Origin: Schizochytrium sp. TIO01
Lineage: Eukaryota; Protista; Bigyra: Labyrinthulomycetes
Direction of reading: 5' to 3'
Length of the DNA stretch: 64,000 bases
Assembly: GCA_004764695.1 (NCBI GenBank)
Contig: SMSO01000034.1
Span: forward strand, 1,488,001-1,552,000
The notes under the pieces were generated by a model, which was not told the origin of the DNA, made no database searches, and was given only the letters and a program-made list of their open reading frames with translations. The position numbers and the translations under genes were made by a program. This document shows, in pieces, positions 31,474 to 42,286 of this stretch (position 1 is its first letter; every line of letters begins with the position of its first letter).

Positions 31474-32961
31474 ATGTGGGCCGCTGCCGTGCTAGGTCGC
31501 GAGTCGGAGCCTAATTCGTCTGCAAGGCTGCGAATGCAACGCGAGATTGCAGCGTCGAGACTCCGGAGACTCGAGATCGACCTCGAAGACCCAATTCCGC
31601 CACAATGTCGAGGCGGGGGCTGGGCTTCTCTTGCTCTGGACCATGTGCAGGAACGATTTATTCTTTCTGGACGTGGATCCGGCGAAGTACAGCTGCGGGA
31701 TGTTGAGACTAAGGCCTCCAAGGGCCCGCTGGCTGTGGCCAAAAGACGTGGGAGCTCAAGCTCAAGTTCGCGAGATTTAGACCAAGATTCTGGCCAAAAC
31801 AATATTGATGGAAGTCAAAATGGATTTCGTAGATCCGGAATTGGGCATGCAAAAACAGTGACGAGCTTGGCGTGGTTTGCTGCTGATCTAGGTATCTTTG
31901 TGTCGGGAGGTCGAGATGCGAGGGCCATGGTTTGGGATACGAACGCATTTGTACCTGTGAGTGAGTTTGAGATGCAGCAGGCGATTCACAAAGCTGCGTT
32001 GTCACCGATTCCTGGAGCTGCGACTGCTAAACTTATTGCGTGTGGATCTGCATCTCCCATGGTGCGGCTGTGCGATATGAGCTCAGGAGCGCATACGCAA
32101 ATTCTTAAAGGCCATCGTGCTGCAGTCGCTGCAGTTGCATGGTCCCCAGCTTCAGAGTATGTACTGGCTACCGGTAGTTATGACCGAAGCATCAGGCTTT
32201 GGGATTTACGACGGTCTGGTGATCGTGCATGTTATGCAACCCTTGACCAACACAATGCACCACTACAATTACGACGTGCTCTGGTAGATGCTCAACATAC
32301 TGCTCACGATGGAGCCGTCACTGGCCTCCAATTTGTCGCCAGTGGCACAATGTTGCTATCCTCTGGATTCGACTGCAGAATGCGGCTATGGACAACCCGG
32401 GGTGTTCCAAGTGATCTTGACAAACATGATCTTCATTCTCATGAGCACATTTATGAGAATACATTCGTCAATTACACTTCAACCATGGGGGATACATTAG
32501 CTAAGTCAGGTATCTTTGTGGCTTCAGAGTATGCCACGCCCGTGGACAAACTCACTGTGTATCACAGTGTCGGTGTCCATGGGCAGTCTGTGGGGTGCTT
32601 TGATGTGAATACTGGTAGACCAGTAGGCTTTGCGCCACGCTGGAACGGGCATTTCATGCGTATCACTGGGCTTGCTCTGCGTGAATCCACACAAGAACTT
32701 TTTTCTGTTGGTCTTGATGGTCTCTTTCTGCGTTGGAAACCTCGAAAGAATACAAACATTACGTCAAGGCCTGGCCGCAGTGATGCCTCTGCTCAGGCGA
32801 ACCACCCTGCTTTGGTTCAAGTACCTGTACCTGGATTACCGAATCCACCTTCTGACGTGCCTGGAAATGATGACGAAGAAGTTGATGATGAGAGTGATAG
32901 TATGGGCGACGAGGATGAATGGCACTCTGATGTGGACGATCTGCGAGTGGGTGCTTTCTGA
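31474..32961 (+). CDS. ERCC8: WD40 DNA excision repair protein ERCC8/CSA
   Basis: Blocks LDHVQERFILSG, WFAADLGIFVSGG..VWDTN, VRLCDMSSGAHTQILKGH, WSPASEYVLATGSYDRSIRLWDLRR, LDQHN, AHDGAVTGL, NTFVNY and acidic tail DEDEW match ERCC8. Confidence 0.9.
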   Translation: MWAAAVLGRESEPNSSARLRMQREIAASRLRRLEIDLEDPIPPQCRGGGWASLALDHVQERFILSGRGSGEVQLRDVETKASKGPLAVAKRRGSSSSSSRDLDQDSGQNNIDGSQNGFRRSGIGHAKTVTSLAWFAADLGIFVSGGRDARAMVWDTNAFVPVSEFEMQQAIHKAALSPIPGAATAKLIACGSASPMVRLCDMSSGAHTQILKGHRAAVAAVAWSPASEYVLATGSYDRSIRLWDLRRSGDRACYATLDQHNAPLQLRRALVDAQHTAHDGAVTGLQFVASGTMLLSSGFDCRMRLWTTRGVPSDLDKHDLHSHEHIYENTFVNYTSTMGDTLAKSGIFVASEYATPVDKLTVYHSVGVHGQSVGCFDVNTGRPVGFAPRWNGHFMRITGLALRESTQELFSVGLDGLFLRWKPRKNTNITSRPGRSDASAQANHPALVQVPVPGLPNPPSDVPGNDDEEVDDESDSMGDEDEWHSDVDDLRVGAF

Positions 32962-33405
32962 TTGTATGAAAGGCGTTTCTCTAAAACGTCGCAGTTGCAT
33001 GTTGCATGTTGCATTATCTTTCTGACTATAAGTATGATTTATCAGAGGAGAGAAGCACGTAGCGTTTTCAAGAATTAGTGTTCAATCATCGACGACATAT
33101 ATTAGCGTGAGTGTCTCTCGAGTAAAATATCAATGTATCATAGTTTTCCTTATAATATATATATTAGTTAGTGTTAGATATAAGGTCAAATCCTCACAAG
33201 GATTGATCGATGTTATAGCAGAATGTACAATTCAAGATTGTTGTGTATTTCTAGGAAGAACCAACAAGCCTTCTAAACTCAGCTTTAGCTCCAATATTAT
33301 AGACAACCTTTCGTATTATGGCGATGTGCGTGCAATTGCGAGAATAGATCTTTGTTTGTCAAAGAATGATAGGATTTGTCTCGTGGCTTATATTATCTTG
33401 CTTGA

Positions 33406-35740
33406 TCAAACCAAAGCCTTGATTTTGGAAAGGCGCCTACGATAAAAACTTTGAATAGAGAGTGCAGCGTGTTCTAAATCTGATGCCGCGATCTCCTTTG
33501 CTCTTGAAGCAACAATAATTTTTATCTCAGGAAAGACGCTATGCTTACGCATCTCAGTAGCTTGATGGCGAGCATATCGCATACGAAACAAAGATTGGAT
33601 TTTAGTTGCTGCGTATTCGATACTCTTTTGTACTTGCATCTCGTTTGCTAAACGTTGGGCAGAGTGCATGCGGAAAATGCTCTGGATTCGCACAGCCGCT
33701 CGTTCGAGATCCTTTTGAGCTACCTCCTTAACAGCCTGAAGCTTTGTCTTGCTACTCTCTGAGAGGTTTGACAGCCGCTCCTCAAGTGATTTATTGCTAA
33801 AGTCAGAGAGACGTGCCGCTGCAGCAGCAGCGATGAATTTAAACGAAGCCTCCATATGACCAAAACGCTCTTTGAAAGAGTTCCATGAACTTGTGTCTGT
33901 AACAGGGTTGGCCACATTATCCAAATCAGCCTCGGTAAGATCATCAGCAAATCGTTTGGCTTGCGACAAGGCTCCGTTCGTGGCCTTGTATGCAGGCATC
34001 GCTGGTTCCATCCATGGGTCCTTCATAATGTCGGAAACTCGCCGAAGTCGCTCATAAGGGCAAATGAGGAGACATTTCTTCAACAGTGCAGCACCACCGC
34101 GAGATGTTCGCGTAGAAAAGATACCAAGTTGTTGTGGTTTCCAGACTGGAAGTTCCTGTCCTTGACTCATAAGCTGTATCAAGTCGCCTCGCTCTGAGAC
34201 ACCACGCAAAGGCAAATGTCCAAATAACAAGACATATGCGGTGAGGCAAGCAGCCCAGACATCTGCCTCGCTTGCATCATAGGTGGCTCCAGGGGCCAGA
34301 CTACACGACTCGGGGCAGAAAAACTGTATGATAAAGCAAATTAGACACAGCAAATAAAGATGAAGGTGATTGGAGAGTACATTCATGGCAATAGTTGGAT
34401 CCATAAGTTAGCTTTTATCGAGTTGCCTGCAATATTGCGACAGCGTCTGACCAGAAACCTTCAACGGGAAGGGAAAAGAACAATCAAAGAAAACTTACGA
34501 GTAGTGTACCTTGTCCCCAACCACTGTGACTACGAAATCTACTTGCGCTGATATCTGTATGGGTACTTTGCATTTCTGAAACACGGCTAACACCAAAATC
34601 AATGAGCTTCAATTGACCGGTTTCCTTGTTGTACAGGACATTTGAAGGCTTGACGTCCCCATGATAGATTCCGTGGTAGTGCATGTACTCAAGCCCAGCA
34701 AGGATACCAGCAAAGATTTGCCGACATTCGGTCTCAGGATAGATTTCTCGAGCTGTGGTTTTTGTGTGAAGGTCCCAAAAGTCACCATCCATATCCTCGA
34801 GCTCTTCATCACCGAGAAGTTGCTCGCCCCCGAAAAAATCTGTCACAATAGCGATGCCCCGCACAGACTTATCAAACGCTTCAAGGTCCAAAATATCTGC
34901 GAAGTGAACAAGCTGGGGATGGTTAGCTCGACGCAAAATTGCGAGCTCGGTTCGTGTCGCTTTGAGTAGCGCAGCCGATGTGCTGTGTGCACGAAGGTTT
35001 GATAGTGTAATTGCAGAGTTTTCGTCTTCAACGTCACGAAGGCAGATACCTCGGACAACGCGAAGTGCCACAGGAGCGCCCGATAAGTCATTTTTAGCCT
35101 TAAATACGATTGCTTGCGATCCACGCCCGAGCTCTGCTTGCAATGAGTATTGGTTAAGCTTGATACTTGTGATATCCGTGTCAGGCATCCTGCAGCCCGG
35201 TAAAATGCTTTCTCGCAGGGAGCTTCTTCGCTTCGAGTCATCAAGGTCTCCAAGTGCGTTTCCTTCTTCCGCCTCATCAGCACCGTCATCAATTTGTTCG
35301 CCTTCCTTCGACTCCTCATCGTCAGAGACGAGTCCATATGAGTTATGTTTTGAGATGCGCACCGCAGGGTCACGCCTTGTGCCTGTGCAGAAGACAGCGC
35401 CGCCTTCTTTTTCTTTAGCTTCCTCTACCATGCTTCGTCTGTAACTCCCTTCTTGATTCATCCCACGGTTTTTCGCCTTAATTCCCGCACCACTACTACC
35501 TCTTCGGGCATATACCCTTTTTGATCCAAGGGTATCGTCTTCATCCCATGGGTCGGTATCTTCTTCGTCAGTTTCCTCAGCCGCTTTGAGCTTACCGATA
35601 CTTCGATACGAAGAAGCTCTTCTGCGTCTGGAAAGCACCGGAAACTCTTCACGGTTCTTCGATGAGGAAGAGGAGTCTTCGCCATGCTCTGACTCTGTCG
35701 TCGTCCTCACTGCTGCCACGAGGACCTCGTCCTGCTGCAT
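33406..35740 (-). CDS. CaMKK-like Ser/Thr kinase-fold protein with three C-terminal IQ motifs; join(34499..35740, 33406..34323)
   Basis: Motifs LNQYSLQAELGRGSQAIV, HGDVKPSN and LKLIDFGVS. A phase-0 GTAAGT...TACAG intron 34324-34498 joins GTLL|FFCPE (APE segment), followed by DVWA. IQ motifs IQSIFRM, IQSLFRM and IQSFYRR. Confidence 0.85.
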
Positions 35741-36212
35741 TTCTCGTTTCTGGCCTTAGCCTTAAGTCTCCGCAAGAATGTCCTCCACTGCAAACCGTCA
35801 ATCAATCGCATTCCAGAACTGGACTCCACCTCCTCATTCATTTCCTCGTCCCTTCGCATTCCTTCGTACAAAAAAAAGCCTCTCCTCCTATTTAGCCCAA
35901 GGGCCTTTCACTCCTACAGTTACCACTAGCCACCATACAGGACTTGGAGGAAGTGAAAGACCCGCCGCAAGAACTCCACTGCTCTAGCCACTCCTAGCGA
36001 AGCGCTATCTACTAGTAAGCCGTTGGGCGCACACCTCCGCGGCCGTCCCCGCCGTGCGCACTACTACCAAGTACACACCTAAAACTGCGGGGGCGTTAGG
36101 GTTTGGGGTAGGTGGTCCTACTATCGCGATGGAGAGGTGGGAGATGAGGAGACAGAAAAGAGTCGCTCCGATGGACTAAATTGGCGATCAATGGATGAAT
36201 AACTAACTGAAC

Positions 36213-36260
36213 AGAGCATGAGATCGCAGAGAGCATGAGATTGCAGAGAGCATGAGATCG
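36213..36260. repeat. 17-bp minisatellite, ~3 copies
   Basis: agagcatgagat[c/t]gcag repeated. Confidence 0.85.
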
Positions 36261-38022
36261 CTTGGAGGCGTAGGAAATGCAGGTCTTGGGCGGATAAGGA
36301 TGTGGATATGATGAAGCTGTGGTTACGGTGGTGGTGATGGCGATTATCGACTTGAAGGCATGACGGGTTTACAAGAGTTGGAGCAGCGAAGAAGTGCAGT
36401 TGACGCTGCCTTCTTGTAAGATTGCTTGCAAATGCATCTGATGGCTAAGCTGCTGACGGCCTTGGGCTGAGGGAGGCGAAATGGAAGTCCACTTTGCCGT
36501 ACATGGCCTCGAACCGATCACAAAGGTAAGGAATGGGAGGGAGGAAGTCCACCTCCAAGCAAAGGTTCATCAGAAAGTCCAACCTGTGGAAAAGCCGACT
36601 ACAGAGAGCGAGGACTGAACTCGTGTGACGTCCCAGCAAAGTTTGAGTTGAGTATAGCATGTAGCAAGCAATCAATCTGCCTGGGATAGAGTGTTGACGG
36701 AAGCGGTCCAAGGCTGGGCCGTCTACTTGTGCGAACTTCTGCTGAGAGCCGTCCCAGGTTAGAGGTCGGGAGTTAAAACTAGGCAGTGACCCATGCAGTG
36801 CAGGCTTGATTACTCGTCTTCAGTTTGAGTGCGACGGAGTAGGATAGTCGAGGCTGCTAGAAATCTAACACCTGTTGCAGATCAGTCGTGGTCGGCACGT
36901 ACCTACTCATCATAATCTATAGGCCTGTAATGTTAAAAGTGCACACCCCGGTCCAGTCTGTAGAACGTGTGGGGAAATCTCTAAGCTGAGGTTGCGTGTA
37001 ATTCCTCTCTACTTTATTTTGCTTCTAGGGTCAAAGCTTTCTCTTTCGGGGTGACCAGCTGGGGGTATAGAGCTGGACTACCATGGCCCATCAGAGACTT
37101 TCCTTTTTCCTTTTTCCTTTTTATATTGCAGGCTCGTCGCCCAGCCGAATCAAAAGAGGTACCCTTGTATTATAGCAATGAAGTTCACTAGTGTCGCACA
37201 TCGATTGTTTTCTAAACTGCTGTGTAATGTTCTGACTCCGAAGCGAATGCAATTTCTAATTGGCAATACTGTACCTATCTAGTGCGTACTGAAGGCTATG
37301 TTTCCTTGTCAAATTTTAAGAAACATGACGCCAGAGCTCGACATCTACTTTGGATTCAGCAGTCAATGATCATACGGCAAGATTTCAAGAACAAGAGAGA
37401 TCCTCATGACGAAGGTGCCACTAGTGCCACTGCTATGCCACTTAGTTTGTACGCCAGCCACTTGCAACAGAAAAGTGTGAGTATACATGAGCACACAAGT
37501 TAGCTCCCTAGCCGCGGTTTTCGAAAAGCAACCATTAAATAATTGAAGAATATGTGCTGTGCAAGGCCCGATCAAGGTGAATCGGACGGGTAATCTGCTC
37601 AGAGCAGCAGGACCGCTAGACGTCAATCCACAATCCATTCATCCATAATCCATTCATCGCGCTTGCAAAATTTTCTAAGATTTTAACTTCGAAAAACTAA
37701 ATTAATTGAAAGAATAATGTCAACTACGTATGTACCTAGTACCCACTGCAGCATTCATAGAATGGAAAGGGGGGGGGGAGGGGGGCATGAGCTTTTCTCT
37801 CGAATCTTAATCAGTCATTCTTGATTGAGAGTTTAGAGGTCCATCTGCACTCTTTACGCAACTTTTATATGCAAAAGAAGCGAGAGAAAAAGGCTGTAGC
37901 ATATGTATCACTGATTCTATCTGCACATCAAACATTGTAATACATAACAATCTAGCAAATCTCAAACATCGATTGAGAATATAACTTTTCTGTGTATAAG
38001 GAAGTAGTTTAGCTAGAGGCTG

Positions 38023-38952
38023 ATGCGATACATCATGGAGCGCGACCATGTGTTCAGAAACTGGTGTTCATGTGAAACAATGGATAAAGAGCATGTTCTG
38101 ACTTTCTTTAAATCTGTACTGAATTGTCTGTATCGACTTTGGCAGCGCGTCGACTACAATTTGGTTGTATTTGATTTTGATTCCATGGAGAAGCGCTTGA
38201 CAGTCATCCTTCTGATGACTGCTCTTTTCATTGCTGTAAATGCTTCCATTGTTTTCAACTCGGATGCCGGTGGTATGCCAAGTATTGAACGCATGAACAC
38301 CACGCAGCATGCATTCTGTGCGATGCATTGGGAATTTAAACCATATTTGTTTTGGAATCCTGACTTTCACCCTTACGAAAATGATCTCGGAAATGTTTAT
38401 GAAGGCAAGACATGGTCAGGATACCGCCAACAGGCATGTGACTTCATTGCACAGAATTATCCTGCAGATGCTCCAGAATGGTATGACCACACTATCAATT
38501 TTGTTGCTTTAGAGGCTATGGAGTTCAATCGAGGTATTCATCGAACTCAAGCAATGCTTTTCATCTCATTGTTTGTGACCTTTATGGTTTATGTTTCGCT
38601 CATGATGATAAGTCGTGAGGGAGATTTGCAACGATGGTACAAGGTTGCAGTATATCCCCACTACTTTGCCATTGCTTGGTTTTTCGTCTCCATTCAGAAT
38701 CTTGCAGCACAAACACAGCAGTATGCCACCGCCTTTTATGATCCTTCAGCGGCCATGACAAGCAAGCTGTGGAACACATGCTGGTTCAACTTTACGGTCT
38801 CTCTGAGTAGTGCCTTCAGTATTTTTGCTGCTATCTACAGTAACTTCCACACCATCAATACAACTGGCTCTAATAAGAGCGAAAATTTTGCACAAGGCGA
38901 ACATGAACTCGACCATGATCGCCGTATCAAACCCTACGTTCTAGAGCCCTAG
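38023..38952 (+). CDS. Hypothetical ~4-TM membrane protein
   Basis: 309-aa ORF with four hydrophobic segments and a Cys/Trp-containing loop between TM1 and TM2. Start ATG uncertain. Confidence 0.7.
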   Translation: MRYIMERDHVFRNWCSCETMDKEHVLTFFKSVLNCLYRLWQRVDYNLVVFDFDSMEKRLTVILLMTALFIAVNASIVFNSDAGGMPSIERMNTTQHAFCAMHWEFKPYLFWNPDFHPYENDLGNVYEGKTWSGYRQQACDFIAQNYPADAPEWYDHTINFVALEAMEFNRGIHRTQAMLFISLFVTFMVYVSLMMISREGDLQRWYKVAVYPHYFAIAWFFVSIQNLAAQTQQYATAFYDPSAAMTSKLWNTCWFNFTVSLSSAFSIFAAIYSNFHTINTTGSNKSENFAQGEHELDHDRRIKPYVLEP

Positions 38953-39340
38953 TTGACAGCATCATCTTTTGATTTCTCTTATTTTTTTTTCTTTTTACTT
39001 TTTTCCTTCCAATGGTTCCATAATATGCTCTTACCATCAGCACAAGGAAAAATATTAACTATAGGTAAATAAACTCTGTGTACTTTTTATTTTTGAAAGC
39101 TCAGAATGAACGACGATGATATATGTCAAAGAGTCAAATATTCCAACATCGGTAAATCCTACATACAGATGAAATATGCATATATAGTCGTGTTGAGAGA
39201 TAGCTAAAGACTGCTGCATTGAATCTAGGGAACCTACTAATTATATGTTTAGGAGAGTCAGACACCCATTCAAGGAACCAAATTCTCATAAATGGCTTTC
39301 ATTTCGCGAGAAACAGGAACATGATGACCTTCAGCTGTAT

Positions 39341-40777
39341 TTAGCTTGCATAGAACCGTCCATTACGTTGATAAATAAGTCCATCAAGCAGCAACGCATC
39401 TAAAGTTTGCGTTGGAGCTGAGAGACGTGTTGGAGCAATGCCGCGTTTGCCAGCTTTGGAAATAGCAGCTAGAATTTCTTGAGCGTGCTCGTTGGCGATC
39501 TCTTGTTTTATCTCACAATTAGATTCCTGAGGCACTCCCATGGGCACTGCTCCAGTTGTTGTTGTTGTTGTCGCTGCTGCTGATGATGTAACAGGTAATG
39601 ACTGCATCAAAGGCTCCTCCTTTGCCGGTTCCTGACGTAGCGACTGAAAGTGATAGTCACTGGCAATTGCCTCAATTTTGTCCAGCAGAAGCGGTCCCTT
39701 CGCACCCCATCCTGCCCGACCCGAGGCTACTGTCGGACGAAATGTTGCATACATATCGTACGCCGCTCTATTTCCATTCTCGCGTAGCTTTTCCGCATCA
39801 AACTGACTAATCACAGCTTTCATCGTCCCGTAAACCCTCTCTAACTCACCTCCAAAACTCCTGCGAAGACCTGCCAGGACTGTTCGCGGGTTTGCCTCCC
39901 GGAAATCATGTTGCAAACCTCTCAAGGCAAACTTAAGCCTCCCTCCACTGACAATTCTATCTCCATATTTTTCTCCTGTACCGTCAACCTTATTTGTTTC
40001 GTTTGGGCTTTCCTTTCTTACAGCAGCATTCAAGAAATCAGAACTGTCTTGGTCATTATTGACGTCCATTTCACCAGAAACCTTTATTATTTCATCATGT
40101 TCTGCTCTCTGCAAAGAGTACTTCCTCGCGCGAATCTCGCGACCGAGCAGGGCAAAACACGCCTCGCCAGGACTTAGGGGAGCAGAATACGCATCCTGGG
40201 CCTTGGATGCCGCGCCCTCGGAGGAGAATATTCCAAGCGCTGTTCCATGCGACCTCGCATTGAGAGATGCCATTGCGCTGGCCATAGAGAGCGCAGAACT
40301 CCAATCTAAGCCCAGCAACTCAGCCACGGTCGCGCCCCAGAGGATCATCGCTGGGGAGCGGTTTACAAGCAGACGCCGCTCACTATCTTTGTCCTTGGGC
40401 ACCTCACGAAGGGTTTCTGCTGCGTCATCGCGAGCCCGGTGAAGTCCATTCTGGAGCTCGGTGACACCAGAACCGGCGCCACTTTGAGCGCCTTGAAGAC
40501 CAACTTCGGAGGCTGCTCTTCGTGCCTTCAGCTGTTTCGGATCCTCGTCGCGTACTACAGCAGCAGAAGAGCGACTTCTCTTGCGAGATTTCCCTCGAGA
40601 GGCCTGCAGGACTTTGCGTCGCAGTGCCGGCGGCAAGGATGCAAGAGAAGAGGCATCTGCGTCATCTAGAGCAGCGGCACTTCGAAAGCCTGCTTGGACG
40701 AGGGGTGCAAGGAGAGTCGCAGCATCCAGGCGTCGCTCAGTAAGCCAGCGAAGCACCTCTGCCACTCCCTCGGCCAT
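39341..40777 (-). CDS. Uncharacterised protein: SAM-like N-terminus, conserved NR.P...GWGAKG domain, possible C-terminal winged helix
   Basis: Likely ATG at 40777 (MAEGVAEV); the upstream in-frame part is microsatellite-derived. Blocks VNRSPAMILWGATVAELLG, LNARSHGTALGI, AYDMYATFRPTV..GRAGWGAKGPLLLDKI. Confidence 0.75.
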   Translation of the reverse strand: MAEGVAEVLRWLTERRLDAATLLAPLVQAGFRSAAALDDADASSLASLPPALRRKVLQASRGKSRKRSRSSAAVVRDEDPKQLKARRAASEVGLQGAQSGAGSGVTELQNGLHRARDDAAETLREVPKDKDSERRLLVNRSPAMILWGATVAELLGLDWSSALSMASAMASLNARSHGTALGIFSSEGAASKAQDAYSAPLSPGEACFALLGREIRARKYSLQRAEHDEIIKVSGEMDVNNDQDSSDFLNAAVRKESPNETNKVDGTGEKYGDRIVSGGRLKFALRGLQHDFREANPRTVLAGLRRSFGGELERVYGTMKAVISQFDAEKLRENGNRAAYDMYATFRPTVASGRAGWGAKGPLLLDKIEAIASDYHFQSLRQEPAKEEPLMQSLPVTSSAAATTTTTTGAVPMGVPQESNCEIKQEIANEHAQEILAAISKAGKRGIAPTRLSAPTQTLDALLLDGLIYQRNGRFYAS

Positions 40778-40856
40778 CGCGGAGGAGTTGAGCGGCGGCT
40801 GCTGACGAGTACGATCGGGAGATATTTGGTCTGCAAGATCTCCAAGTTCTTCAAGT

Positions 40857-40858
40857 TT

Positions 40859-40900
<42 letters not shown>
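40857..40900. repeat. (TTTC)n microsatellite
   Basis: About 11 TTTC units; these explain the ERKK repeats in several track ORFs. Confidence 0.9.
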
Positions 40901-40903
<3 letters not shown>

Positions 40904-41422
40904 AAAAGTCTCAGTGGAGGACTGATGCAGTTCGTCCTTTAAAAACTCTACAATAGACGGCAGCGAGTGTTCCCACCGTTCCCTGGTAGTAGATATATAG
41001 GCTAAATAATAGTACACTCAGCGCTTTCATGACAAATGCAATGTAACAGGTAGTCTAACACAACGTGCAATGCAATGCAATGGACGCCGATGCAAAAAGC
41101 CCAGAGCGTAAGACTGCGATAAGAAAGAGGCATGGAAGTTATTTGATTGAAGCAGAAGTTCAACGTGCTTCAGGGTCCTAATCATAGAGCAATTTGACTC
41201 TCTAAAAGAAAGAAGTGCCAATTGTACATCTCAATTCCTTCCTGCATTCACTCATTCATATTCTGATTTTAATTATTTTTTATTAAAGGCGACAATAGAA
41301 GTTAGCTATGTCCTATTAGCCCTGCTCAACAAATGGGCGAATGAGTGATTATGGACAGAAAGAATGAATAGTTGGTTGCCTTAAAAGTAGTTCTCTTTCG
41401 TTGAAGACTTACTTCAGTGGCC

Positions 41423-42286
41423 ATGGTGACCCTCTCTCGCGTGGCACGGCTACGACACGTGCTCGCTCGCCGTCAGCCTAGCTTGACTGTCTGCGTAGAC
41501 GGCGTGAAGAAGGCGCACAATCTCGGCGCCATTGCACGGTCTGCGGAGGCGGCTGGGTGCCTAGATGTCTTTGCAGTGGCGCAGGACCCGAAGCACGTGC
41601 TCCTTAGCAATGGCAATGACATTGGCAAGCGCAAAAAAGCACGTGCTCAAAATGCGACGAAAAACGATCCTGCAATGGAAAGTATTGACATTGATGGAGA
41701 CAAAAACGACTCTGAGAATGTAGGTTGGGATGTGAGTAATGTGGGAGGACCTCTGCGCAGGGTCAAAAACAAGGAGCTGCTGGCCACCAGCAAAGGAGCA
41801 CACTTGTGGCTACAGATGTCTGTGCACGATCAGGTGGACTCTGCTGTGAAGGCTATCAAGGCCAGAGGCATGCAGATCGTAACTGCAGACCTTGTGCCAG
41901 AGAGCGTGGACTTCAGGGAGATCGATTACACCAAACCAACTTGCATTTTGGTGGGAGCAGAAGCACAGGGCGTCAGCGAAGAAGCTCGTAGAGCTGCGGA
42001 TCACATCATTACGATTCCAATGGTTGGCATGGTACAGAGCCTGAATGTGTCAGCCGCGACGGCAGTAGTTTTGTATGAGGCTCAACGTCAGAGAGAGATT
42101 GCAGGCATGTATGATCCTGCACGCAGTGCACTGTCTGAGGATGAGCAGAATGACCTCCTTGTTCGGTTTTTCCAGCCAGACATTGCAGCATTTTGTGATA
42201 AGAGGGGCATTCCTTACCCTTTGCTTGACGAGCACGGCGCTGTTATTGAGGATGACGCATGGCTTGCATCCATCCGCTCTCAGTGA
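41423..42286 (+). CDS. trmH: tRNA (guanosine-18 2'-O)-methyltransferase, bacterial TrmH type (SPOUT)
   Basis: LARRQPSLTVC, KAHNLGAIARSA, VDFREIDYTKPTCILVGAE, IPMVGMVQSLNVS, LYEAQRQR..AGMY, and C-terminal KRGIPYP...G....D.AW. Full-length colinear with recalled E. coli TrmH. Confidence 0.92.
   Translation: MVTLSRVARLRHVLARRQPSLTVCVDGVKKAHNLGAIARSAEAAGCLDVFAVAQDPKHVLLSNGNDIGKRKKARAQNATKNDPAMESIDIDGDKNDSENVGWDVSNVGGPLRRVKNKELLATSKGAHLWLQMSVHDQVDSAVKAIKARGMQIVTADLVPESVDFREIDYTKPTCILVGAEAQGVSEEARRAADHIITIPMVGMVQSLNVSAATAVVLYEAQRQREIAGMYDPARSALSEDEQNDLLVRFFQPDIAAFCDKRGIPYPLLDEHGAVIEDDAWLASIRSQ

Noticed and set aside
33406-34404. Track ORFs 33406..34404 and 34484..35740 as two genes
   Set aside because: They are two exons of one kinase gene joined by intron 34324-34498.
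40778-41017. N-terminal ERKK-repeat extension of the 558-aa ORF
   Set aside because: It starts at a non-ATG codon and is a translation of the (TTTC)n microsatellite; ATG 40777 is more plausible.
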